Shown here in pieces: positions 50,201-59,317 of a DNA stretch of 64,000 bases. The position numbers and the translations under genes are program-made. Source of the stretch: Deltaproteobacteria bacterium YD0425bin51 (GTDB taxonomy: Bacteria > Desulfobacterota > Desulfobacteria > Desulfobacterales > YD0425bin51); assembly GCA_002753225.1 (NCBI GenBank), contig PDZS01000009.1, positions 16,500 through 80,499 on the forward strand. The letters run 5' to 3'. Within the stretch, counting starts at the first letter, position 1, and the number at the start of each line of letters is the position of its first letter. The notes below the pieces were generated by a model. The model saw only the letters and a program-made list of their open reading frames with translations, searched no databases and was not told where the DNA came from.

Positions 50201-51487
50201 CCGTGTAAGCATTTCAGATTCTGAAACCAAGCCGTTCATTACATCAATACATTGATTTAAATTGTTTTTAATCTCATTAAAGTCGCCGTTATATTTATCT
50301 GAAATTCTGCCTGGAATATCTCCTTTAGAAATACGATCCACATATTCAGCAGCAACATTTAGAGGACCAATTACTGCATCTAATGTATCATTTACACCTT
50401 TTACGATTTTTGCGTAATCTCCAGTAAACTTAGAAACACTCCCTCTGGTATCAAGTTTCCCCTCAACTGCAGCCCGTGTTAACATATCAGATTCTGAAAC
50501 TAATCCATTTATGGTATCTATACATTGATTAAGATTATTTTTAATTTTATTAAAATCCCCAAGATATTGGTCAGTAATTTTTGGAGGAATCTGACCATGG
50601 GAAATTTTATCAACATAGTCTGCAGCTACTTTAAGAGGATTTATTACAGCATCTAATATATTATTTATCCCTACTGCAATATCTCTGAATTCAAAGTTAA
50701 TTGACTCTGGGGTTGCCCTAAAATCGAGCTTTCCATTTACAGCAGCATCTGTAATATTCTTTACTCCTGATAATATAGATTCTATAATAGATTTAACATT
50801 TTTGGATAAATACCAGCTAGCAAAGATTGATAAAATTATTGCTACTGTCATGAATATTATTAGCAGTTTCCTGTCAAATTCACCTCTTTCAGATGATAAT
50901 TTGTCTACTTCAGATGATAGCTTGTCATTTTCATCAATTACGCGGGATAACGCTTCTTCTGATTCTCTAAATGATTTTTGCATATTTAGCATTTCACTTA
51001 AAATATTTTTGTCCATACTATCTATTTTAGCGTCATCATTTGAAATACCTGCTGATATTAATTTGTCTTTTTCAATATTTAGATCTACGAGTTTCTGATG
51101 CTGTTTTTTCCAGTCATTCCACTTAATCAAAAAATCTTTCCATAGTTTTTCTTCTTCTTTGCTTTGTGGCAGAGGTTCGTAAACTTTCCATGCTTCATCT
51201 ATCCTTTTCCATGCTTTTTCTATAGTATCATAATATCCCTTTCTGGCATCACCATGTAATCTACGGTGAGCAAGCCCCACTTCTCCTAATGCAATAGCTG
51301 TCAGCCCTTCATTTATAACTCCAAGAGATTTAATACTTGGAAGACGGTTATTTGAGACTTCATCTTGACTCTTAATAGCATTTAATATTCCAAAATAACC
51401 TACAAGCCCTGTAATAAATACAATTAAAACACAAAATCCAGCTAACAAAAAAACTTTTTGCCCTAATTTTGTTCTACTAAACATCAT
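47270..51487 (-). CDS. MCP with 4HB-like sensor and poly-HAMP array
   Basis: 2 TM; 9 full 91-aa di-HAMP repeats plus half repeats; [20 protein letters not shown]. Confidence 0.92.
48070..50790 (-). repeat. 273-bp coding tandem repeat (about 10 units)
   Basis: catattcagc recurs at 48157, 48430, 48703 and onward. Confidence 0.92.
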
Positions 51488-51512
51488 TTTCTCCTTTCAT
51501 GCTTGATATATT

Positions 51513-52103
51513 TTAATTTTTGCTAACAATCTTAAGGGTTGCTCTTAATAATTCTTTAGCGTCTTCTAATATCGGTTCTCCATGTCCGCAGTATATGGAA
51601 GTGATATTTCTGCGGCATAACTTTGCTAAAGATTTGATAAATCCTTCTTCATGTGTTCCTTCAGAGGAACGAATAATAAGAGGCGCATCTCCTGAAAAAA
51701 GAACGCCTTCCTGATTATTATAAAGACAAATGGAATCATTGCTATGACCAGGCATATGTATTACCTCAAATATCCTATCTCCCATTCTTATTTTTTCACC
51801 ATCTTTAAGAATGTGATCAACTCCAGCAAGAGATTCTGAAAAAGCGTAAACAACTGGATTAAAAAGCTCTTTTATTCTTGGCAAAAGGCTTGAATGATCA
51901 TAGTGGCTATGGGTTAAAACAACTTGATCTACCTTTTTTTTCCCAACACCTGTTGAAGTTTGATTTATTTTTTCAATAATTGATGGATCCCTCCCTACAT
52001 CTACTAATGTGTTCATATCAGCAATAGCTTTCCATGTCCCTAAAACAAAATAAACATTAGATGTATAGGTTTTACAGTTTTCTGAAAGGTTAAATATCTT
52101 CAC
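51513..52103 (-). CDS. Metallo-beta-lactamase-fold hydrolase
   Basis: THSHYDH, PGHS, FSGD, CGHG. Confidence 0.9.
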   Translation of the reverse strand: MKIFNLSENCKTYTSNVYFVLGTWKAIADMNTLVDVGRDPSIIEKINQTSTGVGKKKVDQVVLTHSHYDHSSLLPRIKELFNPVVYAFSESLAGVDHILKDGEKIRMGDRIFEVIHMPGHSNDSICLYNNQEGVLFSGDAPLIIRSSEGTHEEGFIKSLAKLCRRNITSIYCGHGEPILEDAKELLRATLKIVSKN

Positions 52104-52133
52104 TATTACTCCATAAAAATTCTATCATTATCA

Positions 52134-52256
52134 TTAAGGGAAATACCTATATATCTCTTTTCTGCCTTCCATAATAGCATTTCCCAAACAGATATCTTCT
52201 AATGATTCCGAAATAATCTCATAAAATATATCTTTTTTATATTCCTCTTCATTTGT
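52134..52256 (-). pseudogene. Possible remnant of a small antitoxin-like gene
   Basis: Startless frame EEYKKDIFYEIISESLEDICLGNAIMEGRK, abutting the repeat element. Confidence 0.3.
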
Positions 52257-52341
52257 TGTCTGAACTCGGATTCATCGGATTAAGCGGATAAAATCGGATT
52301 TTCATCAGACTAATCTGTTTAATCAGTTTAATCCGAGTTCA
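52256..52341. repeat. Variant GTCTGAAC element overlapping the cheR stop
   Basis: TTGTCTGAACTCGGATT...AATCCGAGTTCA. Confidence 0.7.
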
Positions 52342-52947
52342 TTTTTTTACTTTTCTAAATACCTGAGCATTTGGTACTACCTGTTGAAAAAGACCAGATA
52401 ATTCTGAAGGCATTTTTTGAGTATGCTCTGTAACAAAAAAGCCATCTTCTGTTAAGCAGTCATGATACATTTTAATTACATCTATTCTTTCATTTTCTTT
52501 AAAATGGAGTAAAACATTTTTACATAGTATTAACCCAAAATCTTTACGTATTGGTTTTAAAGATAATAAATCATGCCGCTGAAAATCAATACATTTCCTT
52601 ATTTCTTCAATCAGCCTGAAATAACCCGGTTTATCTGTTTTTTCAAAATACTTCTCAAATATATCTTTAGGTATTCTTTTAACCTGCTCTTCTGGATAAA
52701 TTCCTTCCTGAATTATTTTCCCAAAAGAATCACTTTCTTCTATATCTGTTGCATGTATTTTAACGTTTCTAAACATCATATGTCCCATGTTTTCTCGTAA
52801 AATAATTGCTAATGTGTATGCTTCAGGACCCATGGCGCATCCTGCATCCCAGATATGTATAAATCTTCTTGTTTTTAAAACGGGAAGAGCATAATCACGT
52901 ATCATTTCCAAAGTCTGCATGTCTCTAAAAAAATAAGTAAAAGCCAT
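52339..52947 (-). CDS. cheR: CheR-type methyltransferase lacking the N-terminal helical domain
   Basis: Starts at FTYFFRD; WDAGCAMGPEAYT, ATDI, HDLL, CKNVLLHF. Confidence 0.85.
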   Translation of the reverse strand: MAFTYFFRDMQTLEMIRDYALPVLKTRRFIHIWDAGCAMGPEAYTLAIILRENMGHMMFRNVKIHATDIEESDSFGKIIQEGIYPEEQVKRIPKDIFEKYFEKTDKPGYFRLIEEIRKCIDFQRHDLLSLKPIRKDFGLILCKNVLLHFKENERIDVIKMYHDCLTEDGFFVTEHTQKMPSELSGLFQQVVPNAQVFRKVKK

Positions 52948-52950
52948 TTT

Positions 52951-54975
52951 TTAAACAATCCCTTTCTTCTCTTCTTCTTTTGCTAAATAAATTAATTGTA
53001 AAACGTCTATAATAAGTGCCATTGTGCCGTTACCTAATATTGTTGCACCTGCAATTCCTTTTGTGTCATGAAAAAAATCACCTAATGGTTTAATAACAGC
53101 TTTATGGTCACCGATAATTTCATCTACAGCTATTCCTATCTTTGTTCCATCAATTTGTACTATTACTATGCTTTCATTATCAGTATAAGAACTATTTATA
53201 AAAAAAATATCTTTTAAGCAGACAAAAGGGATCATCTCATCCCTTACAATTATAATATTCCTTTTGTCTGATGTAGTCATATTGTATTTGTTCAACTCCA
53301 AACATTCAACTACAGTGTCAAGGGGTATTACAAAATCGCTTTCTCCAGTACGGACAAGCAATCCGTCAATAATTGCGAGAGGGAGTGGTAATTGAATGGA
53401 AAATACTGTTTTTACACCCTTCTGACTGCTGATTTCTATTGTTCCAGAAAGTTCTGTTATACACTGTCTTACAACATCCATCCCCACTCCGCGTCCAGAA
53501 ACACTTGTTACTTTTTCAGAAGTGGAAAAACCCGGAACAAAAATTTGAGAAAAAATCTCTTTTTCAGAAAGTTTAGCATCAGGAGAGATTAAACCTTTTT
53601 CAATAGCTTTTGCTTTTATGGCATCAACATCAAGTCCTGCTCCGTCATCTTCAACTGTAATTACTATGTTTGCGCTTTTATTAGCTGCTGCAAGGCGAAT
53701 TGTTCCTTTTGCAGGCTTATTTGCTTTTTGTCTTTCTTCAGGAGATTCAATTCCATGATCAATGCTATTGCGAATCATATGAATCAAAGGTTTAATTAAA
53801 CGATCAATATCTGTTTTATAAAGTTCAACATCTGCGCCTTCAGTAACAAGTTCAATTTCTTTACATAATTCACTGGAAAGATCACGTACAAGCCTTTGAA
53901 ATTGACTGAATATCGTACCAAAAGGTGACATACGGATACTTAGTACGCAGTCTCTTAGTTCACTTGTCAAAAGTTCCAATTGTCTAATTGGCGCGCTAAG
54001 TTCAATGGAGTTACTCATGTCAGTTGCATGGGTGATCTGACTTTGTATGAAAACTAGCTCTCCAACAAGATTAATTAATTTATCTAGTTTTTCAGAGGAT
54101 GTAGAATGATCAGCCTTAACATTGCTTTCAGATTTTTGTTGAGACATTAATAAATTCAATTTGCTGGGAGAAATCATTCCGCCAATTAATTTATTGATTT
54201 GTTTTTGCCTTGATAGAGCAGTATCAACATCTTCCTGTGTGATATAATGGAATTTAGATAAAATCTCCCCTATTCTTGGTATCATATCATCTGGCTCTTT
54301 TTGAAAATCATCTTTTAGCTCTTCAATTTTGACAAGAGAAATACCTTGAACAAAATCAAAAGCTTCTTTTATGACTCTTATATCATAAGAAGTGGCAATA
54401 ATTATACTCCAGCCTTCAGAATAAGGTACAAGCTGGCACTCGCCTAAACGGGACAGCTTATTTAAAAGTACTAAAAGAACTAAATAGTGATCTGATGGAG
54501 AAACTTCAGAGTTTACATTTAAATGAATTTGATAGTTTACTATATGATCTTTTTTTGTAATAGCTTCAGGAGCAGGACATTCATTTGCAGCGGGAAGTAA
54601 AGTTTCAAATGCTTCTATAATCATTTCCCTTAGTTCAATATCAGACTTTACACCGCTTTCTGTCTCTTGAAACATCAGATGGATCTGATCCCTTGCTGAA
54701 AGGAGAAGGTTAATAAGCTCAGGTGTTATGGATATTTTACTATCACGAACATGGGAGAGGATATTTTCTACGCGATGGCTGAATTCAGAAATTTCATTAA
54801 ATCCAAACATAGCAGAAGCACCTTTAATGGTGTGCATTCCCCTAAATATGTTGTTAACTGCTTCTTTATCACTTGAATCTTTTTCTATTTTTAAAATATT
54901 TTCCTGAACATTTAAAAGGAGCTGTTCAGCATCTTTACGAAAAAGTTCAATATCCTGCTCATCCCACTGGCTCAT
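52951..54975 (-). CDS. cheA: Chemotaxis histidine kinase CheA (divergent copy)
   Basis: FRGMHTIKG, HMIRNSIDHG, SGRGVGMDVV, C-terminal CheW domain. Confidence 0.9.
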   Translation of the reverse strand: MSQWDEQDIELFRKDAEQLLLNVQENILKIEKDSSDKEAVNNIFRGMHTIKGASAMFGFNEISEFSHRVENILSHVRDSKISITPELINLLLSARDQIHLMFQETESGVKSDIELREMIIEAFETLLPAANECPAPEAITKKDHIVNYQIHLNVNSEVSPSDHYLVLLVLLNKLSRLGECQLVPYSEGWSIIIATSYDIRVIKEAFDFVQGISLVKIEELKDDFQKEPDDMIPRIGEILSKFHYITQEDVDTALSRQKQINKLIGGMISPSKLNLLMSQQKSESNVKADHSTSSEKLDKLINLVGELVFIQSQITHATDMSNSIELSAPIRQLELLTSELRDCVLSIRMSPFGTIFSQFQRLVRDLSSELCKEIELVTEGADVELYKTDIDRLIKPLIHMIRNSIDHGIESPEERQKANKPAKGTIRLAAANKSANIVITVEDDGAGLDVDAIKAKAIEKGLISPDAKLSEKEIFSQIFVPGFSTSEKVTSVSGRGVGMDVVRQCITELSGTIEISSQKGVKTVFSIQLPLPLAIIDGLLVRTGESDFVIPLDTVVECLELNKYNMTTSDKRNIIIVRDEMIPFVCLKDIFFINSSYTDNESIVIVQIDGTKIGIAVDEIIGDHKAVIKPLGDFFHDTKGIAGATILGNGTMALIIDVLQLIYLAKEEEKKGIV

Positions 54976-54988
54976 GAAATTATCCCTT

Positions 54989-55004
54989 AATCATGTTCAG
55001 ACAA
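54989..55004. repeat. Single GTCTGAAC element arm forming the cheA stop codon
   Basis: Minus strand TTGTCTGAACATGATT. Confidence 0.55.
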
Positions 55005-57039
55005 TCTGTTTTTGAGAAACAAATTCCTTTTCTTTTTGAACTGCGTATTGGGTAATTTTAGGAATATCAAGTATCAATGCCACTGTTCCATCTCCTAATA
55101 TTGTAGCTCCTGATACTCCTTCAGCGCTATAAAAGATGTCTCCCAGAGGTTTAATAACAGCTTGATAATTTCCTATTATTTCATCAACAACAATGCCGCA
55201 TACATTATTATTAAAGTTTACAATAACAATTTGACCTAAATGTGATTTGTTTTTAGATAAATTAAACGCTTCCTGCAAATTAAAATAAGGAATTAATTGT
55301 CCCCTTAAAGCAATTATATTTCGCTCATCAGACATGGCAAAGGTCTCTTTAGAAAGTTCAAGACATTCTTCCACAAATTCTAAAGGAAGAACAAAAAAAT
55401 TCTTTCCTGCTTCAATGAGAAGACCATCAATTATTGCAAGCGTTAAGGGAAGAAAAAGGCTTAAACATGTACCTTTCCCTTTTTCTGTTTCTATCTGAAT
55501 TGTCCCTCTTAAAGCATCTATAGATCTCTTTACAACATCCATCCCCACTCCACGACCAGACACTTTTGTAACTTTTTCAGAAGTAGAGAATCCCGGAGCA
55601 AATATTAAAGAATAGATATCCTTTTCAGAAATCTGTGTATCTTTTGAGATTATACCTTTTTCAATAGCTTTTAATCTTATGGCATCTTGGTCCAATCCTG
55701 CACCGTCATCTTTAATTGTAATTACAATATTTGAACCTCTGTGTGCAGCATTTAAACATATAGAGCCTTTTTTTGCCTTTCCATTCTTTATCCTTTTATC
55801 AGGATTCTCAATGCCATGATCTGCGCTGTTTCGGATAATATGAACTAGAGGATCGAAAAGCTTTTCTATAACGGTTTTATCAAGCTCAGTTTCTCCTCCT
55901 TCAGTAATAAGATCAATTTCTTTACCAAGTTCATTTGAAAGATCCCTTATAAGACGCTTAAACTTATTAAAGGTTGTTCCTATAGGAAGCATCCTGATGT
56001 TAATCATGCAGTCGCGTAATTCTCCAGTCAAGCGCTCCACCTGTTCAATAGCAGTAGAAAGTTCAGATTTATTAGATGTCATATTTGACTGATTAAGCTG
56101 GGCTTGAGCAATTACAAGTTCACCTACAATATTCAGGAGATGATCTAATTTTTGAGATGATACCCGGACACTTTCAGTATTTGTTTTTGCAGACGGACCG
56201 TCTGGAATCTTTTGTTCTTTTGAATCATTAATTACTTTCTTTATTTTTTCCTGATATTCTACAGCTTCATCTACATATTCAGGGTCAACCTGACCTCGTT
56301 CAATCAAAATTTCCCCTATTTTTGGAATATGATCTTCTTGCGCTTCTAATGATTCTTCTAAAATATTCGTCTCACTCATTGTTTTAAAAGAATCACAACT
56401 ATTTTTAACTGTTAAAAGATCAGCAGTTGTTTTTAGCTTTATATCCCATGAAAGATAGCACTGGTTAGGATTAATTTCTTCTGGAATTTCCTGGGGTTGA
56501 GGTTTGATTGTGCATTCTCCAAGTGCTGAAATCTCATTTAAGAATTGCGCTAAATAAATTCCGCTTGGAGTCAGCATGCTAGTATATGGCTTAAATTTTA
56601 TGTCATAGGTTCTTTGTTTTTGACTTTCCTGCTTGATTGGAGAAACTTTTTGCTCTTTTTTAGAAGGTAAAAGAGTATCAAATGATGCAATAATCATTTT
56701 AATCAGATCAGAATCAGACTTACCTTCTCCATCTATCATCATCTTTATCTGATCTTGTGAAACAAGAAGCAGATTAATAAGGTCTTTTGTTACAGGAATA
56801 GTTTCTTCGCGTACATTTAAAAGGGTATTTTCAATATGATGAGTGAACTGGCTTATATCATTATAGCCAACCATTGCACTTACGCCTTTTAGCGTATGCA
56901 TAGCTCGAAAAAGCCTATGAATAGCATCTTTATTATTACTGTCTTCTTCAATAGAAAGAATACATTCCTGTATTTCAGGCAATAATTCCTGCGCTTCATG
57001 CTTAAAATCATCTCTAAAATCGCTAAATTCAGTAGTCAT
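54997..57039 (-). CDS. cheA: Chemotaxis histidine kinase CheA
   Basis: FRAMHTLKG, DPLVHIIRNSADHG, SGRGVGMDVV. Confidence 0.92.
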   Translation of the reverse strand: MTTEFSDFRDDFKHEAQELLPEIQECILSIEEDSNNKDAIHRLFRAMHTLKGVSAMVGYNDISQFTHHIENTLLNVREETIPVTKDLINLLLVSQDQIKMMIDGEGKSDSDLIKMIIASFDTLLPSKKEQKVSPIKQESQKQRTYDIKFKPYTSMLTPSGIYLAQFLNEISALGECTIKPQPQEIPEEINPNQCYLSWDIKLKTTADLLTVKNSCDSFKTMSETNILEESLEAQEDHIPKIGEILIERGQVDPEYVDEAVEYQEKIKKVINDSKEQKIPDGPSAKTNTESVRVSSQKLDHLLNIVGELVIAQAQLNQSNMTSNKSELSTAIEQVERLTGELRDCMINIRMLPIGTTFNKFKRLIRDLSNELGKEIDLITEGGETELDKTVIEKLFDPLVHIIRNSADHGIENPDKRIKNGKAKKGSICLNAAHRGSNIVITIKDDGAGLDQDAIRLKAIEKGIISKDTQISEKDIYSLIFAPGFSTSEKVTKVSGRGVGMDVVKRSIDALRGTIQIETEKGKGTCLSLFLPLTLAIIDGLLIEAGKNFFVLPLEFVEECLELSKETFAMSDERNIIALRGQLIPYFNLQEAFNLSKNKSHLGQIVIVNFNNNVCGIVVDEIIGNYQAVIKPLGDIFYSAEGVSGATILGDGTVALILDIPKITQYAVQKEKEFVSQKQIV

Positions 57040-57050
57040 AGGTTTCTTTA

Positions 57051-57452
57051 TTACTTTAATAGTTTAAGAGATTTAAGTTCCCAAAGAATTTTTTCTTGAT
57101 TTATAGGTTTAACTAAATATGAGGTAGCCCCGCCTTTATACAATGCTTTTACAGAATTATGGGGGTCGCTGAAAGCAGTAGTCATTATTACTTTTACTTC
57201 TTGCGAGGGTTTATTAATTCCCATTTCCTTTTCTAACTTGCGTATTGTTGAAACTGTTTCATGCCCATCCATTTTTGGCATCATAATGTCTAAACATATG
57301 AGATCATAAGGCTGTTTCTTTTCCCATGCCAATTTAAAGGCTAAAATTGCTTCTTCTCCATCACTTACAGTATCACATATTCCATAAGGGGAAAGGAGTT
57401 CTTTTAATAACATCCTTGGGAAAAATTCATCATCTGCAATTAGAGTTTTCAT
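57051..57452 (-). CDS. Single-domain response regulator (CheY-like)
   Basis: IADD, LDIMMP, YLVKP. Confidence 0.9.
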   Translation of the reverse strand: MKTLIADDEFFPRMLLKELLSPYGICDTVSDGEEAILAFKLAWEKKQPYDLICLDIMMPKMDGHETVSTIRKLEKEMGINKPSQEVKVIMTTAFSDPHNSVKALYKGGATSYLVKPINQEKILWELKSLKLLK

Positions 57453-57538
57453 GTACCCTCCTATTATTAAATACCTAGTATACTACCATCTTATTTTAAT
57501 TTTGTCTGTAAGGAATCTTTGACTTTTAAAAAAAATTA

Positions 57539-58324
57539 TTAATCACTATAGTCTAATTGGTCATATAATATTTTACATTTCTCCATATCAGACTTTTTGG
57601 CAGCAAGCTTTAATCTAAATGCTGTTTCCTCTATAGAATCTTCTTTGACTTCACTTGCTAATTCTTTTAATATGCCTGCATATTCTTCTATTAATCCAAA
57701 ATCGCAAGTGCTCAAAGCCTCCTTAATCTTTTGTATTTGAAATTTAGACTTAAGGAGATACTCCTGCCAGATTTCTTTAGCAACTGGTTCATCTAATTTA
57801 AATAATGAAGGGTTTATAAATGCCTTTTCAATTTCTTCATCTAATTCTTTTTTTATAATTGGTTTTTTTATGGAAATGATTGGGATATCATGATTTAGTA
57901 CTTCGGAATTCTTATCACGAATAATTTCTGTTGCAGTTAATCCATCCATTTCAGGCATTTGAGTATCCATAAGAACAAGATCAAAAGACTCCTTTTTTAA
58001 TATATCAACCGCTTCTTTTCCATTATTTACAACTGTTATGTTATAATCTTTTAAACAAGAAGTTATAAGCTGTTGATTAAAAGGTATATCTTCTGCTAGT
58101 AAAATTTTTATTGAATTAAGATTTTCTGCTTTTTCTATCTTAAAAACACCTAAAAGATCATCTATGATTTTTAGCTGGTCTTTTCCTGATGATTGTATAT
58201 ATTCAAGATACTCTTTTACTTTAGGAGTGTGCTTCATTTCCAAAAGGAGTTTTGTAATACCAAGAATTGCGCTCATTGGCGTTTTAAGCTCATGGCTTAG
58301 GTGACGAATGAATTCCTTATCCAT
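57539..58324 (-). CDS. Degenerate hybrid kinase (HisKA-REC-Hpt-like, no HATPase)
   Basis: SHELKTP runs directly into ILLAED..LMDTQMP; receiver C-terminal half shortened; Hpt lacks His. Confidence 0.65.
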   Translation of the reverse strand: MDKEFIRHLSHELKTPMSAILGITKLLLEMKHTPKVKEYLEYIQSSGKDQLKIIDDLLGVFKIEKAENLNSIKILLAEDIPFNQQLITSCLKDYNITVVNNGKEAVDILKKESFDLVLMDTQMPEMDGLTATEIIRDKNSEVLNHDIPIISIKKPIIKKELDEEIEKAFINPSLFKLDEPVAKEIWQEYLLKSKFQIQKIKEALSTCDFGLIEEYAGILKELASEVKEDSIEETAFRLKLAAKKSDMEKCKILYDQLDYSD

Positions 58325-58339
58325 AAAATCCCCACAAAA

Positions 58340-58897
58340 TCATGCCCAAAGATTTGTCAAATCAATTTCTATTTCTTGAAAAGGCTCTCCACTAACTTTG
58401 TCATCATCACTAAAGAAATCAACTAAGACCCACTTCCCAGACTCAAGCCTGAATATTTCTAAATTTTTTGATGTTGGGTCTATTAACCATACATAAGCCA
58501 CACCAAATTTAGCATATTTAGGCATTTTCCTTTTTCTATCGTGTTTAGCTGTTGAAGGTGATAACACTTCACATATCCAATCAGGAGGAATTGATGTCCA
58601 ATTATTTTCTGGGAGCGTTGGCATTCTTTCTCTTTTCCATCCAGCTAAATCAGGCACAACAGTATCTTCTTTTGTTTCACTAAATTTGATTTCTGGTTCA
58701 ACCAATATCCACCATCTTCCAGAATTTCCTTGCCCATATTTGATTCTAATATCTGCTAGTCCAAAAGCAGCATTACTATGCTTGTAAGATGGTCTCGGCA
58801 TGGCAAAAAGCTCACCATCTATAATTTCGCCTATCATATTTTCTGGAATAGTATATAAATCTTTATAAGTAGCATTTATCTTAATTGGCGTTAACAT
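58340..58897 (-). CDS. Uma2/DUF820 family endonuclease (close paralog of 43411)
   Basis: VPDLAGW, PDWICEVLSP. Confidence 0.9.
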   Translation of the reverse strand: MLTPIKINATYKDLYTIPENMIGEIIDGELFAMPRPSYKHSNAAFGLADIRIKYGQGNSGRWWILVEPEIKFSETKEDTVVPDLAGWKRERMPTLPENNWTSIPPDWICEVLSPSTAKHDRKRKMPKYAKFGVAYVWLIDPTSKNLEIFRLESGKWVLVDFFSDDDKVSGEPFQEIEIDLTNLWA

Positions 58898-58915
58898 TTT
58901 ATAGCCTCTTTGTTT

Positions 58916-59317
58916 TTATCTTATAAGTTGTAAAGATTTAAGTTCTTTAACAAGCTGTTTGTTATCAACAGGTTTAACTAAATAGGATGTAGCACCTCCT
59001 TTATGTAAAGCTTTTACAGCATTCTTGGGATCAGATAGTCCTGTAATCATTATAACTTTTACTTCCTGTGATGGTTTAGTGAGTCCCATATTCTTTTCTA
59101 TTTCGCGTATTTTTAAAAGAGTATTATGACCATCAACATATGGCATCATAATATCCAAACATATTAAATCATATGGTCTTGAATCTTCCAATGCCAATTT
59201 AAAGGCTTGGATTGCTTCTTCTCCATCAGCAACTGTATCGCATTCTCCATACACTTTAAGCAGTTGTTTTAATATTATACGTGTGTGGAAATCATCATCA
59301 ACTATTAAGCTTTTCAT
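58916..59317 (-). CDS. Single-domain response regulator (paralog of 57051)
   Basis: IVDDD, LDIMMP, YLVKP; same 133-aa length. Confidence 0.9.
   Translation of the reverse strand: MKSLIVDDDFHTRIILKQLLKVYGECDTVADGEEAIQAFKLALEDSRPYDLICLDIMMPYVDGHNTLLKIREIEKNMGLTKPSQEVKVIMITGLSDPKNAVKALHKGGATSYLVKPVDNKQLVKELKSLQLIR

Noticed and set aside
48070-50790. CRISPR array or DGR template/variable repeats
   Set aside because: The repeats are contiguous 273-bp coding units without spacers, and no cas or reverse transcriptase gene is seen in the window.
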